Positions 26,073 through 37,259 are shown, counted from the first letter of the stretch. The stretch: 64,000 bases of DNA from a virus (IMGVR_UViG_3300021255_003058:1-64000); one strand, 5' to 3'. Program-made: numbers and translations. The notes: generated from the letters alone by a model not told the origin.

Positions 26073-26084
26073 ATGTCAAAGAAC
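26073..26084 (-). promoter_or_regulatory. boxA-like antitermination motif GTTCTTTGACAT
   Basis: Repeated at 25872 and 13963, variants at 14695 and 13909, each shortly after a promoter-like motif. Confidence 0.55.
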
Positions 26085-26113
26085 TAATTCAATTTTAGAA
26101 ATTGAGAAAAAAT

Positions 26114-26188
26114 ACTCTGTTGACTTACCGTTAGTCTACCATGCCTTATTAGGTGCTTTAATCGGATTCGAACCGACATTTCCAGAGT
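26114..26188 (-). tRNA. Permuted tRNA-like gene opened at the anticodon loop
   Basis: ACTCTG..T arm precedes D arm (GACT/AGTC)..CAGAGT; acceptor stem degenerate. Confidence 0.55.
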
Positions 26189-26192
26189 TTTG

Positions 26193-26266
26193 TATGGATA
26201 ACGGGATTCGAACCCGTATCTTTAGCTTGAGAGGATAATCACCTGACCTATTAGTAAGATACCCAC
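26193..26266 (-). tRNA. tRNA-Glu(CTC)
   Basis: Cloverleaf. Confidence 0.85.
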
Positions 26267-26312
26267 ATATTAAATATTATTAATATTCAAATATTATTTG
26301 TTTTCGTTTACA

Positions 26313-26346
26313 ATTATAATATAGTATCTTTAGATTTTGTTTCAAA
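26313..26346 (-). promoter_or_regulatory. Promoter-like motif TTTGAA-N16/17-CTATATT
   Basis: Near-identical copy at about 14790-14823; same consensus ahead of many minus-strand blocks. Confidence 0.55.
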
Positions 26347-26398
26347 ATATTTTAATTTTTTTTCTAATTTTTTTAATTTCTTAATTTCTTATATAACT

Positions 26399-26490
26399 AA
26401 AAACTCCGGAATTTATATTCCGGAGTTCTACTTTATATATTAGTATTAAATTATATAATCATTATTATATTTTAGTATATCCGGAAACAT
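26399..26490 (-). promoter_or_regulatory. Attenuator 1: terminator with competing antiterminator
   Basis: Terminator AACTCCGGAAT-ATAA-ATTCCGGAGTT-TTT; ATGTTTCCGGA in the leader ORF pairs with TCCGGAATAT. Confidence 0.7.
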
Positions 26491-26577
26491 TTGTCTAAAT
26501 TCAAAGCTCAATCCACAAGGTTCACCAAAAATTGATGATCCGAAAATTGATTCAATATGTTGACTTAATTGCTTCAT
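26446..26577 (-). CDS. Leader peptide 1 MKQLSQHIESIFGSSIFGEPCGLSFEFRQMFPDILKYNNDYII
   Basis: 43-codon ORF overlapping the antiterminator; composition matches downstream tRNAs. Confidence 0.7.
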   Translation of the reverse strand: MKQLSQHIESIFGSSIFGEPCGLSFEFRQMFPDILKYNNDYII

Positions 26578-26603
26578 GTTATACTTATTTTATAATCTTA
26601 TTA

Positions 26604-26716
26604 TTTAAGATATTTACTATCTTTATAATTTATAATAATGGAAATTTCATAAATAAAATATTCCATATTTAATCTTACTGTTTAAGATATTTACTATCTT
26701 TATAATTTATAATAAT
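26604..26716. repeat. 36-bp direct repeat, 2 copies
   Basis: tttaagatatttactatctttataatttataataat at 26604 and 26681. Confidence 0.8.
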
Positions 26717-26827
26717 ATTAAATTAGATAAATGTTAAAAGAATTTCAATTTTTTTAGAAAAAATTTCTTATTCTGATAATTTTACTATTATTTTTAATTA
26801 TATATAATATATAGTAAGATTAATAAT

Positions 26828-29800
26828 ATGTTCAAACCTTTATTAAGAACATTACCAACGTTATCTGGTAATTTTACAATTGCATGTAAACTTAGAGAAT
26901 TCAATAAAGAAAATAATAATGAATATTCTACATATGTTAGATTAGCAAATATGATTCCATTACAAAATTTCATGTCAAACAAAAACATTGAAATTAATTT
27001 ATTGGATGGAAAATATGAATATGATGTAGCAAAATATTACTATTACTATTCAAATGTATTTTATAAGCATAATTACACATATAATAAAAATAATTATGCA
27101 ATTTTAGATTTAGACTCTATATATAATTACAATAATGATTCTCGTAATAAAGATTATGAATTTGGTTGTAAACGTATTCAATTTAGTCAGCATGGAAGTC
27201 AATTTAATTTCTATGCTCCAATATATATAGATAATATTAATGACTTACCAGAATATTTCTGTATTAATATTGTTATTAATGACCATTTAACTAAAAAAAT
27301 AAAAATATATATAAATAAAGATAATAAAAGAAATTATCTTAAAAATTACTTAGTAAGATATTTAAAACAAATAGATGAACGAGTAATATTTTGTTTACCA
27401 GAATCTTTACAAGCAACATATTTTGGTATTGATATTAGAAATGGTGGTATAAGCCAATATAAAGATAATGTATTTGGTAGTTTATATATTAATCAAAAGA
27501 CAATTAATAACTTTGATTATACTATATGCAAAGGATTTGAAAGAAATAATATTATAATGAGACAAATCATTCCTTTAAGTTTTTCATTTAATATTAATGA
27601 TTTGTTTAATAATTATGAACGTGATTTCTTTACAGGAGCAAAAATGCATATAAATGGAAATTATTTTACTAAAGGAAATACTGTATATGATATGTATGAT
27701 TTTGATATTAACTATACAAATAGTTTTAAGAATTTCAAAAAATATAATGAATATACAGGAGCATATGATTTCGTTATTGGAAAAGACTCAAATAATAAAT
27801 CAATAAATATAATGGATGTTGGGTTCCCTGCATTAAATGAATCCAAATATATTAAATATGCATACACTAATAAAATAACACCAATGTATTGTAAATTTAA
27901 AATGATGTTATCTGATGATAGTAATCCTTATATAACAAATATTAATTTTGCATATTCATATAACCAATATCCAAATCAGAAATATGGAGAATTTCCTACA
28001 ATGTTTAAAGGATTATTTCCAAAAATCATTATTGATAATAATGATTTAAAACTTCCTATTGGAGCATCATTAGATAAATATTATAAAGTAATAAAGAACA
28101 CCGGTAATAAAGTTATTATAAATACTAACAATATTGACAAATATAATAAATTAATGTCTAACTATTGTTCATCATGGTATAAAATAAATAATAATTTTGA
28201 TACTGATAATTTAGATGATTTCTTTAATAATGAAAATTGGTCAGACGTTAAATATGGATATTCATATTTTAATGGAATATTATATAATTTGAAAGATATT
28301 GGTAAAATTGATAAATTTGGTGTATTCTGTGATGTAAAATTAAATTATTTAAGTGAATCTAATATATATAATAACTTAATTAAAGGTAATATAATTTTAA
28401 GTGGAGAAACATTGTCATCTGGTAAAAAATTCTTTAATTATAATCAATCATATGATATGAAAATATATGATAATGATTATAATATAGAATATTTTAATAA
28501 AATTGTTGATATATCATTAAATAATTTTTCAGAAGATAATGTTAAAATTAATCAAAATATGATTAAAGATATCTATGGAACATATATAATTGAAGAAAAT
28601 TTTATCGAAGAAAATATGTTCTATAAAATTGATGATATATTTAATCAATTTAAAATTTATTTATCTATACAAGAATTAAAAGATAAATTAATAGAAAAAC
28701 AAATAAATGGATTTGAATTATTAGAAGCATACAATAATATAAATTTCTTTAATGAAAAATATGACAGTATATATGGAGAAACTGTTAAACAATTTATGCT
28801 TATTGGAAAAACATATGACACACAAGAATATCAAGAAAAATATAATTGGCTTTATAATTTATTATATTATACTACACAGTTAACGAAAGAAAAATATAAA
28901 GTTAGTGATAATTATAATTCAATATATTATAATGAAGATATTAATGGTAAATTGTGTATGTTTATCAAAAACAGATTTATTCATAAAACAGATTTATTGA
29001 ATATATTAAAAGAATATAATGAAGACTTATTAAAGTTTGGTGATCTGAATCAACTTGTAAAAATTTGTTTTAATTATTTTGTAGAAAACGAAAGAAACAT
29101 ATTTCATAATATTAGTAATATTGATTCTCCAATTTTAGATGAAAATGGGAAAACAATTAGATTGTCATTAGATAATTGGCTTATTAATCAAATTGGAACT
29201 GATTTATTTAATGAATTAAAAACTCATTATGCTTATTCGCAATTTAGAACAATTTTATTACAAATGATTACTGAATATAATAGTGATTCAAGTATAACAC
29301 CAGATAAAATTAATCCTAATGAAACAATAAAAGGGCATAATTTAATATTTCTATCAAATTATTTATCATTATTGCAATCATATAAATTTGAAATACTTGG
29401 TAATAAAAATGGAATTGATATAAAAGATTATTTTATAAAAAATGAATCAAATGAAAAGGACATATATGTTGATCCATATAATTTAGAAAATTATATAGAT
29501 TTATATAATAAAAATCATAATGATAAAATATCAAAAAAATTTACATATAGAAAAATATTTAGTAATATAATTGATAAAAATCATTTAATAGAATTTTGTC
29601 AAAAACTTAAGAATTTTGATAATGATTTAAATCCAATAATATCTAACGTAAATTTATTGGATATTATATATGTAAAAGAACGTTGCTGGTATATTGAAAA
29701 TAATGTAATTGATATTAAAGATAGATATATTTCATTATATGATTATCTTTATAATAAATTCGTTGAAATTGGTAATAAAGAACGTATTAAATATAAATCA

Positions 29801-32344
29801 TATACAAGTAATGAAAATAAAGAAGTTCAAAATCAATTAGAAAATAGATATTTAACATGTCTTGAAGATTTTCTAAAATATTTCATATATTTACATAAAT
29901 CAAATAATAATGGCTTAATATTACAATGGTTAGAAAATTCATTATCTGATACAAAATCAGAATCAAATAAATTTATATTACATATTGAATTATTAGATAC
30001 AAATATTTCAGAATCATGGAATATTGAATTAGATTTATGTGTTTATAAAAATATGATATTGTTTGATAATAACTTAAGAAAATTAATACAAAATAATTTA
30101 TTCTTATATTTATATGTCAATGATAAAATGTCTTTAGAAAATTTAAGTATGTGGCCTATTATTTCATCAAATGATATTAATAATTCAAAATATATATATA
30201 AAGACACTGATGATTTTTTGACACCATTATTTACAAATATTTATTTTAATGAAGATGATTTTAATAATTTAAAGCAAATGATATCTAAAGAAAAAATAAA
30301 TATAAACAACAAATATGTATTGTCAAGTAATAAATATTTTAAAGAAATAAATGTTGATGAAACATTTAACACGTTAATTATAAATAACGATAAATCTATA
30401 TACAATATTATTGATAACATTAATAATTTATATAATATTTTGAATAATGACATATTAGATTTATTAAATCAAATTAAAAATTTATTATCAGATTGTTTTA
30501 ATTTCACATATACTTTATATGATCAAAATGCTGAACACTATTATTTGCAAAAAATATTATTAGAATCATATATTAATAATTTAGAAAACGAAAATAAGCT
30601 AAATAACGAAATATTTGATAATAATTATAAAGACATATTTATTGAATTAAATATTATTCAAGATCAATCTTTATTATTTACTGATATTAAAGATGATATA
30701 AATATATTGCAACGAGTAAATGATTCTTTAGTTAAATATCAATATCAATATAATATATATACATATTTAAAAAAATTAAATGTATATAACATATTTAATA
30801 TGATTGATAACATTATCAATGATTTACTATCATATAAATTAAACAATATTGATTTATTGATTAAAAATGATGCAAATATAAAACATATTATAAATTTATT
30901 ACAAAATATTAATAATATTTATAATGAACAAGTTTTATCATTGTTTAATAATGTTAAAAAATTACTTAATAATTTATATAATACTAATAGTTATTTTAAA
31001 TCATCAATAAGTAATTTTAACATAAAAGGATTACATATTAATACATTATTATCAAATAAAGATATATTTATTGAACAATTAAGAAATACAACATTTAGTG
31101 TAAATTGGATTAATGAAATTTCAAATATTAATTCATATAATAACATTGAAAAATTAACATTTAAAGATAAATGGAATGAATATTGTTTAGATAATGATAT
31201 ATATACTGAAGATATTAATTCTGATAATTATATTGAGCAAATTAATTTAATTATTGATTATCTTAAAAAATATTATAATGATTTATATTATAAAATAATT
31301 GAAAGCAAAGGCATAATTTTATATTCAATAAGTAACATATTAAATATTGATTATAAACCTATTTTATGTGATAAATTTAATTATAATGATTTATATAAAA
31401 TATATACATATGATTATAATGGCCAGACATATGCATTTTATTTTATTAAAATAAATGTTGATAATACTAATAATTCATTTAATGTTCTTAATGAATTTAA
31501 TCTTAATGTAAAATTTGATTCAATTGATGGTGTATTAATTAATGATGCAAAGTTTAATGATTTCTTTAATAAAATATTTTATTTATTAGAGCCTTTTTTA
31601 AAATTAAATATATTTAATGAATTCACAAAAAATATAAATACTATCATATATCCACACGAGTCAGAAATTAATATTGAATATATAGGATCTATTACAAATA
31701 ATGATACAACAAAAATAAGATATAGCAATTTAACAGATGATGGCGTATTATATGATAATATTGTTAAAATGTCAAAATCTAAAAAAATTAAATTATTAAG
31801 ATACTTTAATTATATTACACCTTTGTTAGTTAAAACAAATGTAATAAATGACACATGGGAATTACAATTTATAGACAATAATAATATTAGTATATATAAT
31901 AAAAAATATAATATATTAAGTAAAGAAAACATTAATATTTATAAATATAATGGTATTAAATATTATACTGGAGTATATTCAACTTCTAATGAATTATTTA
32001 TGAAAAACAATAACATTGAAATTCCAGATATAATAGAACAATATGAATATAAGCATTTTAATGATAATGTTGTGTATAATTTACCAGAAGAAATATATAT
32101 AAAAATTGATAAATATTATACATATGATGAAATTTCTTTATTTAAAGAAAATGATATGAATATAATTGAAGAAAAAAAGAATATATTATTAAAATATTTT
32201 AATAATTTGGGATTAGATTTTAAAAATATTATTTTATTTTTATTTAATAAGTATAATAGTAATATGACTATTGAGCCTATTCATTTAAGAGCAAATAAAA
32301 ACGAAAAACTTTATAAAGTTTCATATAAATTTAACTTAATATAA
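26828..32344 (+). CDS. Giant hypothetical protein (possibly structural)
   Basis: 1838-aa uninterrupted Asn/Ile/Tyr-rich ORF. Confidence 0.8.
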   Translation: MFKPLLRTLPTLSGNFTIACKLREFNKENNNEYSTYVRLANMIPLQNFMSNKNIEINLLDGKYEYDVAKYYYYYSNVFYKHNYTYNKNNYAILDLDSIYNYNNDSRNKDYEFGCKRIQFSQHGSQFNFYAPIYIDNINDLPEYFCINIVINDHLTKKIKIYINKDNKRNYLKNYLVRYLKQIDERVIFCLPESLQATYFGIDIRNGGISQYKDNVFGSLYINQKTINNFDYTICKGFERNNIIMRQIIPLSFSFNINDLFNNYERDFFTGAKMHINGNYFTKGNTVYDMYDFDINYTNSFKNFKKYNEYTGAYDFVIGKDSNNKSINIMDVGFPALNESKYIKYAYTNKITPMYCKFKMMLSDDSNPYITNINFAYSYNQYPNQKYGEFPTMFKGLFPKIIIDNNDLKLPIGASLDKYYKVIKNTGNKVIINTNNIDKYNKLMSNYCSSWYKINNNFDTDNLDDFFNNENWSDVKYGYSYFNGILYNLKDIGKIDKFGVFCDVKLNYLSESNIYNNLIKGNIILSGETLSSGKKFFNYNQSYDMKIYDNDYNIEYFNKIVDISLNNFSEDNVKINQNMIKDIYGTYIIEENFIEENMFYKIDDIFNQFKIYLSIQELKDKLIEKQINGFELLEAYNNINFFNEKYDSIYGETVKQFMLIGKTYDTQEYQEKYNWLYNLLYYTTQLTKEKYKVSDNYNSIYYNEDINGKLCMFIKNRFIHKTDLLNILKEYNEDLLKFGDLNQLVKICFNYFVENERNIFHNISNIDSPILDENGKTIRLSLDNWLINQIGTDLFNELKTHYAYSQFRTILLQMITEYNSDSSITPDKINPNETIKGHNLIFLSNYLSLLQSYKFEILGNKNGIDIKDYFIKNESNEKDIYVDPYNLENYIDLYNKNHNDKISKKFTYRKIFSNIIDKNHLIEFCQKLKNFDNDLNPIISNVNLLDIIYVKERCWYIENNVIDIKDRYISLYDYLYNKFVEIGNKERIKYKSYTSNENKEVQNQLENRYLTCLEDFLKYFIYLHKSNNNGLILQWLENSLSDTKSESNKFILHIELLDTNISESWNIELDLCVYKNMILFDNNLRKLIQNNLFLYLYVNDKMSLENLSMWPIISSNDINNSKYIYKDTDDFLTPLFTNIYFNEDDFNNLKQMISKEKININNKYVLSSNKYFKEINVDETFNTLIINNDKSIYNIIDNINNLYNILNNDILDLLNQIKNLLSDCFNFTYTLYDQNAEHYYLQKILLESYINNLENENKLNNEIFDNNYKDIFIELNIIQDQSLLFTDIKDDINILQRVNDSLVKYQYQYNIYTYLKKLNVYNIFNMIDNIINDLLSYKLNNIDLLIKNDANIKHIINLLQNINNIYNEQVLSLFNNVKKLLNNLYNTNSYFKSSISNFNIKGLHINTLLSNKDIFIEQLRNTTFSVNWINEISNINSYNNIEKLTFKDKWNEYCLDNDIYTEDINSDNYIEQINLIIDYLKKYYNDLYYKIIESKGIILYSISNILNIDYKPILCDKFNYNDLYKIYTYDYNGQTYAFYFIKINVDNTNNSFNVLNEFNLNVKFDSIDGVLINDAKFNDFFNKIFYLLEPFLKLNIFNEFTKNINTIIYPHESEINIEYIGSITNNDTTKIRYSNLTDDGVLYDNIVKMSKSKKIKLLRYFNYITPLLVKTNVINDTWELQFIDNNNISIYNKKYNILSKENINIYKYNGIKYYTGVYSTSNELFMKNNNIEIPDIIEQYEYKHFNDNVVYNLPEEIYIKIDKYYTYDEISLFKENDMNIIEEKKNILLKYFNNLGLDFKNIILFLFNKYNSNMTIEPIHLRANKNEKLYKVSYKFNLI

Positions 32345-32345
32345 A

Positions 32346-35300
32346 ATGATAAAAAATGTAAATTTATTACAAAATCCTGTAGAATATGATAAATATTTAG
32401 AAGAATATCTTATACAAGCGTTGGCTAATCTTGGACAACGTATAGGTATTAAAGGTGATGGCATATCATATGAATATTTTACTTTTAGTGATTTATTAGG
32501 AGATTCAATATCATATTATAATGCATCAAAAATAGGATTTGTTCAATATAAAAAATCAATTGATTCAGATAAATATGCTGCTAATTTTGGTATATGTGAT
32601 TATGATCCTGAAACTGGTTCATTATTCAATTATAATAAATTATCTGAAAGTTTAGATATTAATGATATTTTATATTTTCCAAATGATTTGACTTTCGATA
32701 TTACATTAGGTGGTATTGAAAAATATTCAAAAAATAGTATTTGTATTAATGATGGAAATGATATAACATTTATGCTTGTTGGAAAACTAATAGGTACAAA
32801 TGATGATGAAGAACTTAATTCAATATTATATTATTATAAATTTGATATTAATTCTAATTTATTAAAATATGGGGCTAAAATATATCATGATAGTGATGAT
32901 TGGTTTCATTTAATAACATTTGTTAATAAAACATATAAAAATAATAATTATAAGTCTAGTGCATTATCAAATGAATATGAAATGAATATACATATGTTTA
33001 ATGCGCAAAAATTAAAAGAATTAGATTTATTACTTAAAACAACACAAAGCAAATATTATAATAGTTTTATATCATTATTTAAATTTAGTAATTATAAATC
33101 AACAAATGAAATACCATTATCATTAATAAGACCAGAATTTAATGATATTAATGAATTATTAAATTATAGTGATGAAGAGTCATATCATTTTTCAACAAAT
33201 TCACCAATTGCTTTAATACTTAATTATTTACCAAATTCATTATATGATAAAAGAACTATTGATTTAATATATAATACAAGCAATAATGAATTTTTCTCTA
33301 TTGATTCAAATGAATTTGAAGATATAATATCAATGTTCAATTCTGAATATGGAATTAACTTAAATGAAGAATTAGTTCAATTAAATGAAGATTGCAATAA
33401 TTTATATTTTAATATCTTCAATTATTATAATGAAAAATATTATTTAGAAACAAAAGCTGGTTTTATTAAAAGAATATTGTCTAAATTATATGAAAAGATT
33501 TCTGATTACAACTATAATGATGAATTAATGTTATATATACCTTTAGATTATCAATTTCATTATATTTGCAATAGTAATAATAGTATGTATATATATTATT
33601 CTACTAATACATATGTTACATTTGTTAATTTAGACTCTATTAATACAAGTAATTTTTGGGATAATAATACAAATTTGATTTTTGATTATAATAGTGATGT
33701 AAGTAAAGTCAAAACATATAATTTTGAAATTAGTTATAATCGTAGTGATGATAAATTAATTAACTCTGTTGTAATCAAAGATATATTTACGATGCCTTAC
33801 ATTAATGCAAATAGTAATTGGAGTATTAATGATAAAGATACAAAAATTCAAGCAATTGGCAAAGACGCAGGTAATCCAAATATTATATTGATATATAATA
33901 AAGACAAGCAAAATCTTGGTTTAGATAATAGTTTCTATTTACTTAATGCAATATCAAACTATAAAGAAATATTAGGATCAACATTCAATAAGCAAGAGTT
34001 TAATGTTAATCCCGCATTATTTGAAAATACATATACAACAGATGTTAAATGTTGTTCTTATATTCCAGAAATTAATAAGAATAATTTTGAATACTTTAGA
34101 AATAGTATGATTATTAGTATTTCAGATTTAGATTGTTTATCTGATGAATCTATGAAAACATACTATAAAGGATCGTATATATTAACAATGTGGTGTGTTA
34201 AAGAAACATCAAATACTGATTATAAGTTTGAATGTATTAATCATATAAATACTAATTATGCATTAGCTTTAGGTTCAACAGTCAATCTAATTAATGCAAC
34301 TAGTGATTCATCTGTTGAAAACTTAAATGATCAAGATTTAATACTATTAAAAGCAATAATAACAGAATTAGCTCAAAATAGATTATCAATCAATGAAAAT
34401 AATTGGTTAATTATAAAGAATAAGCAATCAGAAGAATATTCTGCAATAAATGAAAACATTGGACAATATTTAAATGATCTTAATGCTATTATCCAATATA
34501 ATGATACTGTGAAACTAAATAATAATCATATACAACATTCACAGACAAATAAGTATATTAAATCATTAACTAATATTAAAACAACAAATTCTCTTTATCC
34601 TAAATATTATAAGACACAAACAACAATTTCTACTGTTAAACAAGATGTAATAAAAGAATTAAGAAATGTAGGAACAACAATTAATAATGTAAGAACATCT
34701 AAAGTTTATGTTGATGGATCACAAGTGCAAAATGTTGAATCATTAATACAAAATATTGAAAACAAATATGGTGAACAAAAAAGTATAATTGAACACGAAA
34801 TACAAATTGAGCAAATAGAAAAATCTAAATATAATTATAATGAATTTATATTTAATGAAAATATTCCTACATTAGATTTTGCTGAAATATTCAATAGAAA
34901 CTTTAATGTATTAAATAGATTAAATGTTGTTTCATTAGATAATAATGGAACTATTTATAATGCATATATTGGAACATCTTACGATGAACAAAATAAATCA
35001 ACATTACATATTGGTACAACAAATACTAATATTAATATTGGTAGTGAAACATTAGTTGATGAATTAGAAAAAACTAAATTTAATACGCATAATAATATTT
35101 CTATTGATTTTGAAAATATTATATTAAATGCAACTAAACAAGTAATAACAAAACAAAATATATTATATCAGGCAACTTTTAATAATATAACATATAATAT
35201 ATTATCAATTCCTTTAATTGGTATTTGTAGTGCTATGTATTCATCATCATTATTTACTACTGAAAATATTAGTTTATCAAATACATTATATATTAATGAT

Positions 35301-35648
35301 ATACCACAAATATCTAATTATAAATTATCTCTATATAATTTATTTAATACATATTTTAATGTTAACTTACCTAATAACGAAAAAAATATATCATTAAATA
35401 TATATAATATTAAAGATATTATATCATCAGTAAATCCTCAGTATAATGAAGATATGTATTTTATTTCTACGAAATATAATAACAATGATAGATTACATAT
35501 TTTATTTAGTAATAATATAATACAAAGTAATAATGTTGTTAATAGTAATGTTATATATGCTGGATATAAATTAAATATAATGTATTATGTTTCATATGAT
35601 AATAATGATAAGATAAGTAAGTATAATATTTATCTTTCTATCAGCTAA
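32346..35648 (+). CDS. Large hypothetical protein (possibly structural)
   Basis: 1100-aa ORF coupled to the previous gene. Confidence 0.8.
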   Translation: MIKNVNLLQNPVEYDKYLEEYLIQALANLGQRIGIKGDGISYEYFTFSDLLGDSISYYNASKIGFVQYKKSIDSDKYAANFGICDYDPETGSLFNYNKLSESLDINDILYFPNDLTFDITLGGIEKYSKNSICINDGNDITFMLVGKLIGTNDDEELNSILYYYKFDINSNLLKYGAKIYHDSDDWFHLITFVNKTYKNNNYKSSALSNEYEMNIHMFNAQKLKELDLLLKTTQSKYYNSFISLFKFSNYKSTNEIPLSLIRPEFNDINELLNYSDEESYHFSTNSPIALILNYLPNSLYDKRTIDLIYNTSNNEFFSIDSNEFEDIISMFNSEYGINLNEELVQLNEDCNNLYFNIFNYYNEKYYLETKAGFIKRILSKLYEKISDYNYNDELMLYIPLDYQFHYICNSNNSMYIYYSTNTYVTFVNLDSINTSNFWDNNTNLIFDYNSDVSKVKTYNFEISYNRSDDKLINSVVIKDIFTMPYINANSNWSINDKDTKIQAIGKDAGNPNIILIYNKDKQNLGLDNSFYLLNAISNYKEILGSTFNKQEFNVNPALFENTYTTDVKCCSYIPEINKNNFEYFRNSMIISISDLDCLSDESMKTYYKGSYILTMWCVKETSNTDYKFECINHINTNYALALGSTVNLINATSDSSVENLNDQDLILLKAIITELAQNRLSINENNWLIIKNKQSEEYSAINENIGQYLNDLNAIIQYNDTVKLNNNHIQHSQTNKYIKSLTNIKTTNSLYPKYYKTQTTISTVKQDVIKELRNVGTTINNVRTSKVYVDGSQVQNVESLIQNIENKYGEQKSIIEHEIQIEQIEKSKYNYNEFIFNENIPTLDFAEIFNRNFNVLNRLNVVSLDNNGTIYNAYIGTSYDEQNKSTLHIGTTNTNINIGSETLVDELEKTKFNTHNNISIDFENIILNATKQVITKQNILYQATFNNITYNILSIPLIGICSAMYSSSLFTTENISLSNTLYINDIPQISNYKLSLYNLFNTYFNVNLPNNEKNISLNIYNIKDIISSVNPQYNEDMYFISTKYNNNDRLHILFSNNIIQSNNVVNSNVIYAGYKLNIMYYVSYDNNDKISKYNIYLSIS

Positions 35649-35669
35649 AAAAATAAATTATGCAGTAAA

Positions 35670-36203
35670 ATGAATTTAAAAACATTTATAGTATGTTTAG
35701 ATAAAAGAAAAGCATTAAATATAGCAAAAGATATCATTAAAGTAAATGATGAGTTATCAATTATTCCAAGATTTACAACAGATATTGAATATAAAAATGA
35801 AGTTAATGAAAACTATATTTATTATCTTGATGTAAACACTGTTAATTTATCATATAAAAATAATGCTCTTTTATATATAAAAACAGATAAATACATATCA
35901 ACAGGAATAACTATTGATGACTTTTATAATAATGATATATGCTATATGAATATTGAAGAATTTAATTTAATTCCTGAAATAATATTTAAGAAATATGACA
36001 TATTAATTATTTGGGTTGATACAAAGAATCATAAATACATATCAAATTCAGACTTAATAGAAATTGATTATTTTAATGCATTTATTAATACAACAAATTA
36101 TTTATATTTTTTAGAAGATGAAATTGAAATTCATAATATTATACTTGAATATATTTTTGGAAATGAAGAAAAAAGAAAGTATTTACTAGAAGAAAATAAT
36201 TAA
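35670..36203 (+). CDS. hypothetical protein, weak guanylate kinase-like resemblance
   Basis: IPRFTTD..NYIYY pattern but no P-loop. Confidence 0.4.
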   Translation: MNLKTFIVCLDKRKALNIAKDIIKVNDELSIIPRFTTDIEYKNEVNENYIYYLDVNTVNLSYKNNALLYIKTDKYISTGITIDDFYNNDICYMNIEEFNLIPEIIFKKYDILIIWVDTKNHKYISNSDLIEIDYFNAFINTTNYLYFLEDEIEIHNIILEYIFGNEEKRKYLLEENN

Positions 36204-36294
36204 TAAAATTTAACAAAATATATAATATATTTGAATTAAAAAATAAATATTATCTATATTTTTGTATAAATAAACATATAAGATTAATATAAAG

Positions 36295-36909
36295 ATGGCA
36301 GAATATCAACCAACACCTTTTGAAGGTAAGGTACAAGGACGTGAATTTGAACCTGGATCTGATGGTAGTGGCATGGGTATTGAAGGTATATGGATGAATA
36401 GACAAACTGGTCAAAAAATTCGTATCAATCAAACCGTACAAGATGGTAATAATATGATAATTATAACAGATAAAGGTCAGCTTCCAATGGAAATCTTTTC
36501 ACGTGATTATATACAAGTTTCTGATGATATATATGATGATTCAGGAAAAGTTGTTGGAAAAGCTGAACCAACAAGTGATGATGTTACAGCAATTGCTGAA
36601 TATGAAAAGGAATTTGGAGTTGACCCTTTAGTTCCACAAGCAACATCAGCACCTATCAATAATGAACAAATAATCAAAAAGGTATTTGATAAATTAACAT
36701 CAGTACCTAAAATTGAAGTAAATGTAAAATGGGATGATTTTCCTGAAGCTCAAATTAATACATTAGTTGAATTTCTTGATGTAAAATTTGAAGACATTTC
36801 TGCTTATATCATCAAAAAATATGTAAATGTTGAAGTATTGGCTTTAGAATTAACAGATATTCTTAAAGAAAAATTACACAAAAATATTGAAGATACAATT
36901 GATGAGTAA
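36295..36909 (+). CDS. hypothetical protein
   Basis: 204-aa ORF. Confidence 0.8.
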   Translation: MAEYQPTPFEGKVQGREFEPGSDGSGMGIEGIWMNRQTGQKIRINQTVQDGNNMIIITDKGQLPMEIFSRDYIQVSDDIYDDSGKVVGKAEPTSDDVTAIAEYEKEFGVDPLVPQATSAPINNEQIIKKVFDKLTSVPKIEVNVKWDDFPEAQINTLVEFLDVKFEDISAYIIKKYVNVEVLALELTDILKEKLHKNIEDTIDE

Positions 36910-37147
36910 GGAAAATGAAAAAATTCTTGTAGAGACATTTTTAGGATTAAATGACAATATATCAAAGGCACAACAATATATAAAAGAAAATTATCATATT
37001 AATAGTGAATATTCTGAAGAAGATGATATATTGTATATTTGGTCTCCTAATGTAAATGAAAGCTTGAACCTTGCAGCTGCTAAGGAATATGTTCAAGAAA
37101 CAATTGGGGATGAATTTATTAATGTAATCTACGGAAAGAAGCAGTAA
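36902..37147 (+). CDS. hypothetical protein
   Basis: ORF coupled to the previous gene (MSKENEK). Confidence 0.7.
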   Translation: MSKENEKILVETFLGLNDNISKAQQYIKENYHINSEYSEEDDILYIWSPNVNESLNLAAAKEYVQETIGDEFINVIYGKKQ

Positions 37148-37230
37148 ATCATTCCTGTATTGCGGTCTATATTCATTCATAATATAATTTAATTATTTTA
37201 ATATTTGACCGTGCTAAAGGAAAGAATAAC

Positions 37231-37259
37231 AATAGCTAGGAAGATATTTCCTAGCTATT
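37231..37259. terminator. Intrinsic terminator
   Basis: aatagctaggaa-gatat-ttcctagctatt between convergent genes. Confidence 0.7.

Noticed and set aside
26604-26716. Mini-CRISPR with two repeats and one spacer
   Set aside because: Similarity extends into the flanks, the repeat is AT-rich and there are only two copies.
26828-35648. TAG-fragmented genes as direct proof of code 15
   Set aside because: The long ORFs are intact under the standard code, so recoding cannot be shown from them.
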